Virus record (IMG/VR): IMGVR_UViG_3300042334_000325
Span: 1-27,861 of that record
Source: a virus
Lineage: Duplodnaviria > Caudoviricetes
Length of the DNA: 27,861 nt
Direction: 5' to 3' (one strand)
Shown piece by piece: positions 19,020 to 27,351 of the stretch. The notes below the pieces were generated by a model, which had not been told where the DNA came from, made no database searches, and saw nothing but the letters and a program-made list of their open reading frames with translations. The translations under genes and the position numbers were made by a program. The first letter of the stretch is position 1. Each line of letters opens with the position of its first letter.

Positions 19020-19617
19020 GGAGCAAGACATACTTAGCCTGTTAAGGGCCAAGTATGTCTAAGCTATAGATAAAATATTACCTCATCACCATGACATCTT
19101 ATACAGATTTAACCTAAATTACTCGCGTAGGTCTGGGTGGTCAAGCGGTGCCCAACGTGTAATAAATCACACGTAATCTAACTTATTCAGAAATTACCAG
19201 TCTTGCTTGGTTTCCTCGACATAATGTCTTCTACCGTCCGCTCAGATAATCCCCTCAATTGACGCAAGAACATATTAGCTGTATAAGTAACTTATATATG
19301 TTCTTTGTAGGTTTCCGAGGTATTGTGAATTGCCTACTCATTTCTCCAACTGGTCCGGGTCGGAACGCATGTGAACCAACTCTGTATAATAAATTACCAG
19401 AGGCGACTCTTCCAATTCATTCGCATGTAAACAGAGGCGTCAGACTAGAGGGTAACAAGTTCGTTACTATCACAGATATTATCTGCTAATCGCAATATGT
19501 GGGTTGCTAAAACTATTCACGGCCTATGTAGTGGTGAAAAATATTTTAGCGAAAGGGTTCTGTATATGGGAAAGGTATTGGTCAGGTGTTGGTTATATAT
19601 TAGTTGATTTGTTATAT
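19020..19617 (-). ncRNA. Candidate large structured non-coding RNA (~600 nt), family unknown
   Basis: Lies downstream of a near-consensus promoter with no credible ORF; visibly GC-richer than its flanks; many nested stems, two of which need G-U pairs on the minus strand. Boundaries approximate. Confidence 0.5.
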
Positions 19618-19623
19618 TATAAA

Positions 19624-19652
19624 ACTATACATCAATATTAGTGATTCGTCAA
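19624..19652 (-). promoter_or_regulatory. Sigma70-type promoter pointing into the non-coding locus
   Basis: TTGACG (19647-19652), 17 nt, TATAGT (19624-19629); same layout as the gp55 promoter. Confidence 0.75.
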
Positions 19653-19686
19653 GATATTTTCTATGATTCACAAATCTTTTTTACTA

Positions 19687-19728
19687 TTCCTCCTATAAAT
19701 TATTTATAAATAGTATATAATGGAGGAA
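19687..19728 (+). promoter_or_regulatory. Late promoter TATAAATA (19705-19712) inside an RBS-occluding inverted repeat
   Basis: TTCCTCC (19687-19693) is complementary to the RBS GGAGGAA (19722-19728) of the GIY-YIG gene. Confidence 0.65.
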
Positions 19729-19733
19729 ATATA

Positions 19734-20801
19734 ATGGAAACAAATGGACATTGGAAATACGCAGAAATTATTAATATAGATGACTGGTTTGGATTTATTT
19801 ATAGAATAGTTGAGCTATCAACAGGTAAAGAATATATAGGAAAAAAACAGTTTTGGTCTTTTACAAAAAAAGCAGTGAAAGGAAAAACAAATAAAAAAAC
19901 AGTAAAAAAAGAAAGTAACTGGAAAATTTATACTAGCTCTTCAACTCATATAAATGAGGCAATTGTTAATAATGGGATAGAAAATTATTCATTTTTTATT
20001 GAATCTTTACATAAAACAAGGGGAAGTTTATTTTATGCAGAAGTAGAAAAACAAATAAAAGAAAATGTTTTACGAGAAAAATTGGAAGATGGTATAACGC
20101 CAAAATATTATAATAGACAAATAGCAGGAGTTAAATTTATTCCTCCTATGATATTAGAAGAGGAACAATATACTAATATTGACAATTATATAATAACTCC
20201 AAATAACATGTTTTATGGTAACATGATAGGAAAATATAATGGTATGTTTGGAAAACAGGGTATCAAAAAAGATTTAACATATGAAGAATATTATGGCGAA
20301 GAACGTGCAGCTATGATAAAACAAAAATTAAGTGAAGCTAATAAAGGAAAAGAAAGCAAACATAAAGGATTAGCCATACACACAGACGAACAAAAAGAAA
20401 AATGGAGTAATGACCCTAGAAGAATTCATTATGGTGAAAATAACGGAATGTATGGAAAACCTTGTTATATTAATATGACTGATAAAGAAAAAGAACAATG
20501 GAAAACAAATGTTGGAAATTCTATAAAAGGAATTAAACGAACCGACGAAACTAAGAAAAAAATGAGTGAATCTTTTTCTGGGAGAATATATCCAAAAGTT
20601 GAATGTCCGCATTGTCATAAGCAAGGATCAAATGCAAATATGATAAGATACCACTTTGAATATTGCAAAGAAAATCCAAATGCTATACCTTATAAGATAC
20701 CAGAAAAAATATTATGTGAATATTGTGATAAAAAATTTGATCCTGGTAATTTTAAACTACATCATGGCGATAAATGTAAGAAAAATCCAAATAAGAGTTA
20801 A
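19734..20801 (+). CDS. GIY-YIG family (Seg-like) endonuclease with NUMOD3-type repeats and two C-terminal zinc fingers
   Basis: GFIYRI...EYIGKK, conserved E (YAEVE) and YYN; GENNGMYGK, RTDETKKKMSES; two C-x2-C-x12-H-x3-C units. Confidence 0.85.
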   Translation: METNGHWKYAEIINIDDWFGFIYRIVELSTGKEYIGKKQFWSFTKKAVKGKTNKKTVKKESNWKIYTSSSTHINEAIVNNGIENYSFFIESLHKTRGSLFYAEVEKQIKENVLREKLEDGITPKYYNRQIAGVKFIPPMILEEEQYTNIDNYIITPNNMFYGNMIGKYNGMFGKQGIKKDLTYEEYYGEERAAMIKQKLSEANKGKESKHKGLAIHTDEQKEKWSNDPRRIHYGENNGMYGKPCYINMTDKEKEQWKTNVGNSIKGIKRTDETKKKMSESFSGRIYPKVECPHCHKQGSNANMIRYHFEYCKENPNAIPYKIPEKILCEYCDKKFDPGNFKLHHGDKCKKNPNKS

Positions 20802-20802
20802 T

Positions 20803-20831
20803 AAAAAAAGTGCCACGAATGGCACTTTTTT
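20803..20831. terminator. Bidirectional terminator between convergent GIY-YIG and gp46 genes
   Basis: AAAAAAAGTGCCA-CGAA-TGGCACTTTTTT (UUCG loop on the minus strand). Confidence 0.9.
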
Positions 20832-22597
20832 CAATCTTCGTATGAGTATGAGGTAAACCCTGATTCTTTAGTTACCATCAGTATTTTGTTTACTCGCCCT
20901 ATTAATTCTTCACGGTGTGAAATTAACATAATGCTTTTATTTCGTTCTCTACTCATTTGATTTAATAGTTCTAGCGATGCTTCAACTCCTGCGGTGTCTA
21001 GTCCACTGTCTACCAATTCGTCAATAGCCAAGAAATTAATACTATCATTCATACTTTCAAAAACGTCTCTAAATGCCCAACTTAAACCTAGAATTAATCT
21101 ATTTCTTTCACCCCTAGATAAATTATCAAAATCTAAATCTCTACCCAGATTTGTTATACTTACACTAAGATCAGATTGGAACATAACACTGTGTGGCAAA
21201 CCTAATTTATCTAAGTAATGTTCAAGTCTAGTATTTAAATATACAAGATTTTGCTCAATTATTTTTTTACGAATGAAAGAATCTTTATTTGTTAGTAACT
21301 TTAATAAAAATTTCTGGTGTTCTCTGACATTACTTAGTTCATTTAATTTGTCCCAAGTTATGGTTTTAATCCCAGACTTTTTTAAATTAATTATTTGTTC
21401 TTCGTATTGATCAGTTTCTGCAATTTTTAATTCTATTTGTTTTTCTATTTGTTGAATAGAGGATTTATGCTCGTATGCTTCTGATACATTTTTATAGTAA
21501 GTTACTGGTTTTTCTGGTAGTGGATTAGCGTCAAATTCTTGCTGTAATTGTTCTATCAATACATTAATTTCACTTATTTTTTGTGTAAGATCAGCATCGC
21601 TTGATTGTTTATCGGTTAGCATCTTTTCATGTGAATGGTCATGAATTTCTTGACTACATGCATAACATTTATTATTTGCTAAACTTAAAATTTCATTACG
21701 TAATTTGTTTTGTTGTTCTACATAGTCTTTATATTTTCTTAAATTTTCTTTTATTTTTTTATCTAAATCAAGACGAATATTTACAGTTGTTTGATATTCT
21801 TTTAATAATTCATGATTGTTTATTTCTATGTTAATATCAAGTTGGGTTAGTTCTGTTAATTCTTGTGTTAGATTTTCTAGGGCTTTACTTTTATTATTTT
21901 CCCATACTTTTTGTCTACGTTCTAAATCTTTAACACTTTTTTCAATTTGTTGATTTGCTTCATCGACTGCTTTTATTTTGTATTCTTCTTCTTTTACACT
22001 ATCTTCAGTCGTTGATATTTGTTTTCTAAGTAAATCTGCTTTTTCACTTAGCATCGTTATACCTAATAGTTTTTCTATAATATCACGTTGATCTTTAGCT
22101 GGCATCGCCAAAAATGGGTTAGTAAATGTATTCAATGCAACTAAGTGTCTAAACATAGTAGCATCCATTCCTATTATTTTATCAATTTCTTTCTGACTAT
22201 CTGCATTTTCGCCCAATGCATCATTTGTTTCGCCTTTTGCTGGTTTACCAACTTCGGTATTGTTTATATAAAATCTAAAAATAGAAGGCTTTCTTCCTCG
22301 CTCTATTTTATATTGTGTTCCATTCTTTTCAAATTCAAATATAACAAGCATATCTTTTGTATTTGTTATATTGATTAAATTATCTTTTTTTATCGTGTTT
22401 AATGCTACGCCATACAATGCAAAACATATTGCATTAAGAACGGTACTTTTACCCACTCCATTTTTGCTACCATTTCCTCCTAAATCTAGATTATTTCCTA
22501 GAACTAGAGTTAGTTCTCCATCAGTAAAATTTATTAACTGTGGAACATTCCCAGTTGATAAAAAGTTTTTCATACTTACATTTTTAAAAGTAATCAT
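20831..22597 (-). CDS. gp46: Recombination endonuclease ATPase subunit (gp46, Rad50/SbcC-like)
   Basis: Walker A NGVGKS, coiled coil with CYAC zinc hook, signature LSRGE, Walker B LAIDE, H-loop ISH. Confidence 0.96.
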   Translation of the reverse strand: MITFKNVSMKNFLSTGNVPQLINFTDGELTLVLGNNLDLGGNGSKNGVGKSTVLNAICFALYGVALNTIKKDNLINITNTKDMLVIFEFEKNGTQYKIERGRKPSIFRFYINNTEVGKPAKGETNDALGENADSQKEIDKIIGMDATMFRHLVALNTFTNPFLAMPAKDQRDIIEKLLGITMLSEKADLLRKQISTTEDSVKEEEYKIKAVDEANQQIEKSVKDLERRQKVWENNKSKALENLTQELTELTQLDINIEINNHELLKEYQTTVNIRLDLDKKIKENLRKYKDYVEQQNKLRNEILSLANNKCYACSQEIHDHSHEKMLTDKQSSDADLTQKISEINVLIEQLQQEFDANPLPEKPVTYYKNVSEAYEHKSSIQQIEKQIELKIAETDQYEEQIINLKKSGIKTITWDKLNELSNVREHQKFLLKLLTNKDSFIRKKIIEQNLVYLNTRLEHYLDKLGLPHSVMFQSDLSVSITNLGRDLDFDNLSRGERNRLILGLSWAFRDVFESMNDSINFLAIDELVDSGLDTAGVEASLELLNQMSRERNKSIMLISHREELIGRVNKILMVTKESGFTSYSYED

Positions 22598-23610
22598 AGA
22601 TTTAAATAAATCTCCATAAGTTTTTCTTTGTTTATAAATTCACTATCTACTGCTGATAGTTGTGATATTACTATTTGATCTACGTTTTCAATAATTAAAT
22701 TATCTCCACTCCAATCTTTAGCATGTTCGTCTGTTTTTTGTGGTATCAATGATAATTCTCTAAGACCATATTGTGTTACAAATGTTTCTTTAATGAAATT
22801 AGATTCTTCATATGATATTGGAACATCTATTATTATTTTACAGTTTAATTTTTCTGACAAATAGTCATCTGGCTTTTCTAATAAGGTAGAAAGATTTATG
22901 TTTATATATTTTGGACCACCATCCCAGTCTATATATCTTGGAGTTTTATCCCATTCCAAAATCATCATTCCTCTTTCATCGTCCCATACATCTGCATAAT
23001 TATGAGCAAATGGCGAACCTACATAATGAATTTTTCCATTATTTTGTCTTTTATGAAAATGTCCTGAAAATACATAATCTGGTTTGACGAAATCTTCTTT
23101 TTTTAATCTACCGTGATCTGGCATTTCTACCATTTCGTTCATCTTAAAATGCGGCAGTTCAAAATGACCAAATATATATTTTGAATTTATTGCCGACATT
23201 TTTTTCCATTCATCTTCTACTAACCATGGAACTAGCGTAACATTACCTGCGGTCATTTTATCTTCTACAACAACAATATTGTTGAAACTAGTTGCAAATG
23301 GATAGCTATAAAGGTCTCTTTTTTCTCTGAAATAAATGTCATGATTTCCAAGGATAAGATAAACTTTTTTAAAAGATTTGCTTAATTTTTTAATACATTC
23401 ATAACCACAATTTAATGTGCTTACATTAATTGAATTTCTAGTATGATATAAATCTCCTAAAAAAATACAAGTTTCACAATTTTCTTTTATAGCATTATCG
23501 CAAAACCAGTCAATAAAATTATGACAATCTTCGTTGTGTATTTTTGAATTATTTTTTAAACCATAATGAATATCACCAAAAATAGCAGCTTTTTCAAAAA
23601 AATTTATCAT
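22594..23610 (-). CDS. gp47: Recombination endonuclease nuclease subunit (gp47, Mre11/SbcD-like)
   Basis: Metallophosphoesterase motifs GDIHYG, LGDLYH, GNHD, GHFE, SGHFH, YVGSP; ATGA overlap with gp46. Confidence 0.96.
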   Translation of the reverse strand: MINFFEKAAIFGDIHYGLKNNSKIHNEDCHNFIDWFCDNAIKENCETCIFLGDLYHTRNSINVSTLNCGYECIKKLSKSFKKVYLILGNHDIYFREKRDLYSYPFATSFNNIVVVEDKMTAGNVTLVPWLVEDEWKKMSAINSKYIFGHFELPHFKMNEMVEMPDHGRLKKEDFVKPDYVFSGHFHKRQNNGKIHYVGSPFAHNYADVWDDERGMMILEWDKTPRYIDWDGGPKYININLSTLLEKPDDYLSEKLNCKIIIDVPISYEESNFIKETFVTQYGLRELSLIPQKTDEHAKDWSGDNLIIENVDQIVISQLSAVDSEFINKEKLMEIYLNL

Positions 23611-23643
23611 TATAATTTGTTTCCTCTTTTATAATAGTATACA

Positions 23644-25386
23644 TCATTTTAAGTTAAAAGTAAAGGACAAAGTTCCACAATCCCAAAAACGGTCATATCC
23701 ATTTTTTTCTAAGTTCTTCCAAGCTGACAAATTTGCATCAAATATTGGTAATATATTAGGAAGTTTATGTTTTTGATAGACGTGTCTGGTTTCTATAGTA
23801 GTTCCATTTTTACTGGTATAAAAAACATTTGGACCAGATGTAGAAACTTTTTCCATATTGTTAGTAGAATATGCATTCCCCGTTGAATATCTGCGATTTG
23901 CATATGTTATGACTGAACCAGATATATCAGTTATGTTTGATAATAATTTAGAGATACCACCTATTACTATAGTGTTTTTCTTTGTAGCAAGGCGAATCAA
24001 TTCAAAATCATATTTTTTGTTATATCTACTTTTCGAAATTATGATACACTGAACTAACTCATCATCATAATATAACCCATATTTATGTTTACCACCAACA
24101 AATCCCTCTAAATGATTTTCTTCCATAAACTTTCTTGCTTCAGGCGTAGATACAGTGGCAAACCTACATTTTCTTGCATATAATTTAAAAGAAAATCCTA
24201 GTCTATTAATAATCATACTTTTCCATATACTTTTTTTAACATCATTGATCCACTCGTGATCTGAAATATGCAATAATTTTATTCCTAATTTTTCACATGC
24301 ATTTGTTTTGTCTAAATGATAAGAATATCCCCGTCCCTTAGATTCCGTATGATAATATATGCCATTATATTCAATAGCCAATTTATGATCTGGAATGTAA
24401 ATATCAATTTCTTTTGGATAAATTACTGATCTTGATCCTTGAATAGTAGATACACCAAGATCAGTAATAAAATTATTTATTTCTAATTGTGCATCACTAG
24501 TATGTTGATTTATTATGTTAATTGGTATATTATAATTTGCAAAATATTTACCAAGGTTGCTACTAGAAACTCCTAGTTCATTTGCTATAGCATTAACTGT
24601 TTTAGTTTGTTGCTCGTTTCGTAACCATTCTGGATCATTTAATTTAGCCAAAACAATAGGATCATAATAGTTAAATTTTCTGGTTGTTGCAATTTTTTCC
24701 ATAATGTTAGGATTTTGTGTTGCATATTCAAACCCATATCTCTCAAGATTTGTTTGTTTAATTTTATCTTTGATTTCTGACAAACTGGCTGCAAATTCAC
24801 TACCATATCGTTCCAAACAAGTTTTTTTCATTTTATCTCTGCATTCAGTAGTGGATGCAAAATGATCAACACCATATCGTTCAAATGTAGTTGATTTCAT
24901 TTTTTCTTGTATTTCAACGGATTGTGCAGGATAATTAACCCCGAATTTAGCTATATTAGCGTTCTGTGTTAATTCTTTGAATTCTGTGGTTTGACTATAA
25001 TGTTCCACTCCGTACTTTTTTAATGATGTTGCTTTTTGTTTTTCTACAAACTCTTTGGTTTGTGTATGATGAACACCATTGTTATTTTCTATAGAAGTTT
25101 GTTTTGCAATCTCTGCTGTCCCGATCCCAGTACATTTTTTACTACAAAATTTTCTATATTCTCTTTTATCTGGATGCCATGATAAATTATTTTGACATAC
25201 TGGACATAGTGGAATTATCATAGAATTACATTCCAAATGCCATAACATTTGACGAGCATTTGTTATGGCATTTGGAAAACAAACATTACCGAATACACTA
25301 TTAACTATATGGTCAATTTTTAAGTGACTACGATTGGCTAATTCTACCAATACTTTTTTTTCTAATTCGGTAAGCTTGTTGTTCAT
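23644..25386 (-). CDS. Hef-like homing endonuclease (zinc ribbon, ERYG repeats, HTH, nuclease, GNAT-like C-terminus)
   Basis: CPVC...FCSKKC; ~23-aa repeats (KxTxxERYGV); EIDIYIPDHKLAIEYNGIYYH; LYARKC...GYDRFWDCG. Confidence 0.78.
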   Translation of the reverse strand: MNNKLTELEKKVLVELANRSHLKIDHIVNSVFGNVCFPNAITNARQMLWHLECNSMIIPLCPVCQNNLSWHPDKREYRKFCSKKCTGIGTAEIAKQTSIENNNGVHHTQTKEFVEKQKATSLKKYGVEHYSQTTEFKELTQNANIAKFGVNYPAQSVEIQEKMKSTTFERYGVDHFASTTECRDKMKKTCLERYGSEFAASLSEIKDKIKQTNLERYGFEYATQNPNIMEKIATTRKFNYYDPIVLAKLNDPEWLRNEQQTKTVNAIANELGVSSSNLGKYFANYNIPINIINQHTSDAQLEINNFITDLGVSTIQGSRSVIYPKEIDIYIPDHKLAIEYNGIYYHTESKGRGYSYHLDKTNACEKLGIKLLHISDHEWINDVKKSIWKSMIINRLGFSFKLYARKCRFATVSTPEARKFMEENHLEGFVGGKHKYGLYYDDELVQCIIISKSRYNKKYDFELIRLATKKNTIVIGGISKLLSNITDISGSVITYANRRYSTGNAYSTNNMEKVSTSGPNVFYTSKNGTTIETRHVYQKHKLPNILPIFDANLSAWKNLEKNGYDRFWDCGTLSFTFNLK

Positions 25387-25389
25387 GTT

Positions 25390-27258
25390 TTATCCGTTAA
25401 TACCAAAGTCTTTTTGTTCTTGTTCTAATTTAATATCATAGTCTGCTTTTCTTGCATTTTGCTGACTTTCTTCATCATTTAACTGCCTAGTGAAACTAGG
25501 AAGATATCCATTATCTTGTAATAAATCGTCTCTTATATTTTGTGTTCTTTTCTCAGAATTCAATACCCCAGTAAAAGAATTGCTTAATGAAGTTGTATAA
25601 TAAGCAAATGGATTTAAACTTTTGCTTTCATCGAAATATAAACCAATTTGTGCCAACTGAACCAGTGCTGTACTACGCATTTCGTCAATATAACTATTTC
25701 CTGTTAAATATACTGACCCATTTCTTCTAGCAACAAATGATCCATATTCTGTTTGGGGGCACCATACTGTTCCATTATATTCTACTGTTGGTATATTTGG
25801 ATGAAATTCTTTTCCTTTGCCAACATGCATTTTGTTATTTTGCTTCCCGCCATTAAAATTAAGATTTTCACAATTTGTTTTATTCTTTAGGTCTGAAAAT
25901 ACAGTAATATTGGTAAATTCTACTGGTTTTCCAAATGCAAGTTGTGAACGTTTGTGTGTTTGTGTACGAAGCCCCATCATTGCACATAGCATTTGAAAAT
26001 AATCACAATGTAATTTATTTTTTTGTGTATATCTTTTTAGATTAGAACTTGTTCTCCAACCGTCGCCATCTATCAACGTATTAAGCAATAATTCATGCTG
26101 TTCAGTTGATATAGACAATAAAAAATCAGCATTCATATTTTTTTCTGCTAATATATTGGTAATTTGTTTAGAAGATTCTTTCCAAATATAAAAACATTGA
26201 TTTTTTCCTTTTGATCGTTCTGTAAATTTATAATTTAAATTTGTTAAACAATTACGAATTCTATCAGCATACACTCCTTGGTTTTGCCATATTCGTATAG
26301 CTTTTATTTCTTTTTTTGTAAATTCATAATTACCTTCTGTGACTATCCAACCAATTAATTCAACAAGATCATTCGAGTATTTTGTATTATTTGTTTCAAT
26401 TTTATTTCCCATTAAAATTATTTTATCTTTTTCAAGAAGTTCTTCTACTTTTACTAATCCTCTTTCAGTAACTAATTTATGTTCTGGGGTAACTAACATA
26501 TTAAGTCCTTGCTTATTGGTTATACTATGCATTTTTCCAGAATAATTGTCTTCATAAATTGATAGTATTTTTGACCATACCATATTTTCATCTTTATATG
26601 ATAATATAATATCATCGGTTGTGATGTCCTTATATGATAACCACCCTCGTTGCGTCAATGCTTCTGTGATTTCATCTACACAATACCCACGCCAATTTCC
26701 ACGCATACTATATCGACTAACTAACAGTATCATCATGCTACCTAGCCTATTCGTCATTTTGCCTTTTGTTAATGAAAAACTACCAGTGTCTAAATCTCCT
26801 GCCCAATGTGATCTAACTACTTCTACTAATTCATTGTTAATATAAACAAAATGTTTGAATGGTGGAAAATTGCATCTGATATGTCCATCCGCCACTGTTT
26901 TTGGGTTTGGCTTTTTTGGGTTTAACGGAATATGATCATGCGTCATTAATCTTATTACGATATCGGAATTGGTAATAGTATCTGGATTTATTGTATAATC
27001 TGCTAACTTTGGTTTGGTATTTTTTAAACCATCAGAATCTTCCCATATTTTATGATCTTTATCAAATTTTTCAATAGAAAGACGCTTTGCTCTATTACTA
27101 CATGCTTGTAATAATGTTTCTTCATTTAATTCGTTCATGTCTCTTATTATTAAGTCATACATGCCATATTTTTGATCTTTTACCCAAGAATATGAAATTT
27201 TACTTTTATGTATTTCTTTTAGTAATTCTTTATTGTTTAGATAATTTTTTTTCTCCAT
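25390..27258 (-). CDS. gp55: Late-transcription sigma factor (T4 gp55 family) with an intein; ~293 aa spliced
   Basis: NYLNNKELL N-terminus; spliced NWRGY|SYIDEM...FDESKSLNPFAYYT matches gp55 motifs; T4-like synteny upstream of gp47/gp46. Confidence 0.9.
   Translation of the reverse strand: MEKKNYLNNKELLKEIHKSKISYSWVKDQKYGMYDLIIRDMNELNEETLLQACSNRAKRLSIEKFDKDHKIWEDSDGLKNTKPKLADYTINPDTITNSDIVIRLMTHDHIPLNPKKPNPKTVADGHIRCNFPPFKHFVYINNELVEVVRSHWAGDLDTGSFSLTKGKMTNRLGSMMILLVSRYSMRGNWRGYCVDEITEALTQRGWLSYKDITTDDIILSYKDENMVWSKILSIYEDNYSGKMHSITNKQGLNMLVTPEHKLVTERGLVKVEELLEKDKIILMGNKIETNNTKYSNDLVELIGWIVTEGNYEFTKKEIKAIRIWQNQGVYADRIRNCLTNLNYKFTERSKGKNQCFYIWKESSKQITNILAEKNMNADFLLSISTEQHELLLNTLIDGDGWRTSSNLKRYTQKNKLHCDYFQMLCAMMGLRTQTHKRSQLAFGKPVEFTNITVFSDLKNKTNCENLNFNGGKQNNKMHVGKGKEFHPNIPTVEYNGTVWCPQTEYGSFVARRNGSVYLTGNSYIDEMRSTALVQLAQIGLYFDESKSLNPFAYYTTSLSNSFTGVLNSEKRTQNIRDDLLQDNGYLPSFTRQLNDEESQQNARKADYDIKLEQEQKDFGING
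25696..26682 (-). mobile_element. gp55 intein (329 aa) with LAGLIDADG endonuclease
   Basis: GY|CVDEITEALTQRGW, block B VTPEH, LIGWIVTEGN and LLNTLIDGDGW, VWCPQT...YLTGN|S. Confidence 0.92.
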
Positions 27259-27276
27259 GAGAGTTCCTTTTCTTAT

Positions 27277-27305
27277 ACTATATCAAATAATGTACAAAAA
27301 GTCAA
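27277..27305 (-). promoter_or_regulatory. Sigma70-type promoter of the gp55-hef-gp47-gp46 operon
   Basis: TTGACT (27300-27305), 17 nt, TG-n-TATAGT (27277-27282); AAGGA RBS follows. Confidence 0.75.
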
Positions 27306-27317
27306 GCATTTTTGTTT

Positions 27318-27325
27318 CATAAATA
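27318..27325 (+). promoter_or_regulatory. Late promoter CATAAATA
   Basis: ~26 nt upstream of ATG 27352, with AGGAG RBS between. Confidence 0.6.
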
Positions 27326-27351
27326 GTCATATAATATACTTAGGAGAAATT

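Noticed and set aside
19437-19455. GTCAGACTAGAG resembling the group I intron R element
   Set aside because: No matching S element (AUAGUC) downstream and no interrupted gene on either side.
19259-19489. 76-aa plus-strand ORF in the non-coding locus
   Set aside because: TTG start, no RBS, atypical composition; coincides with the nested stem domain.
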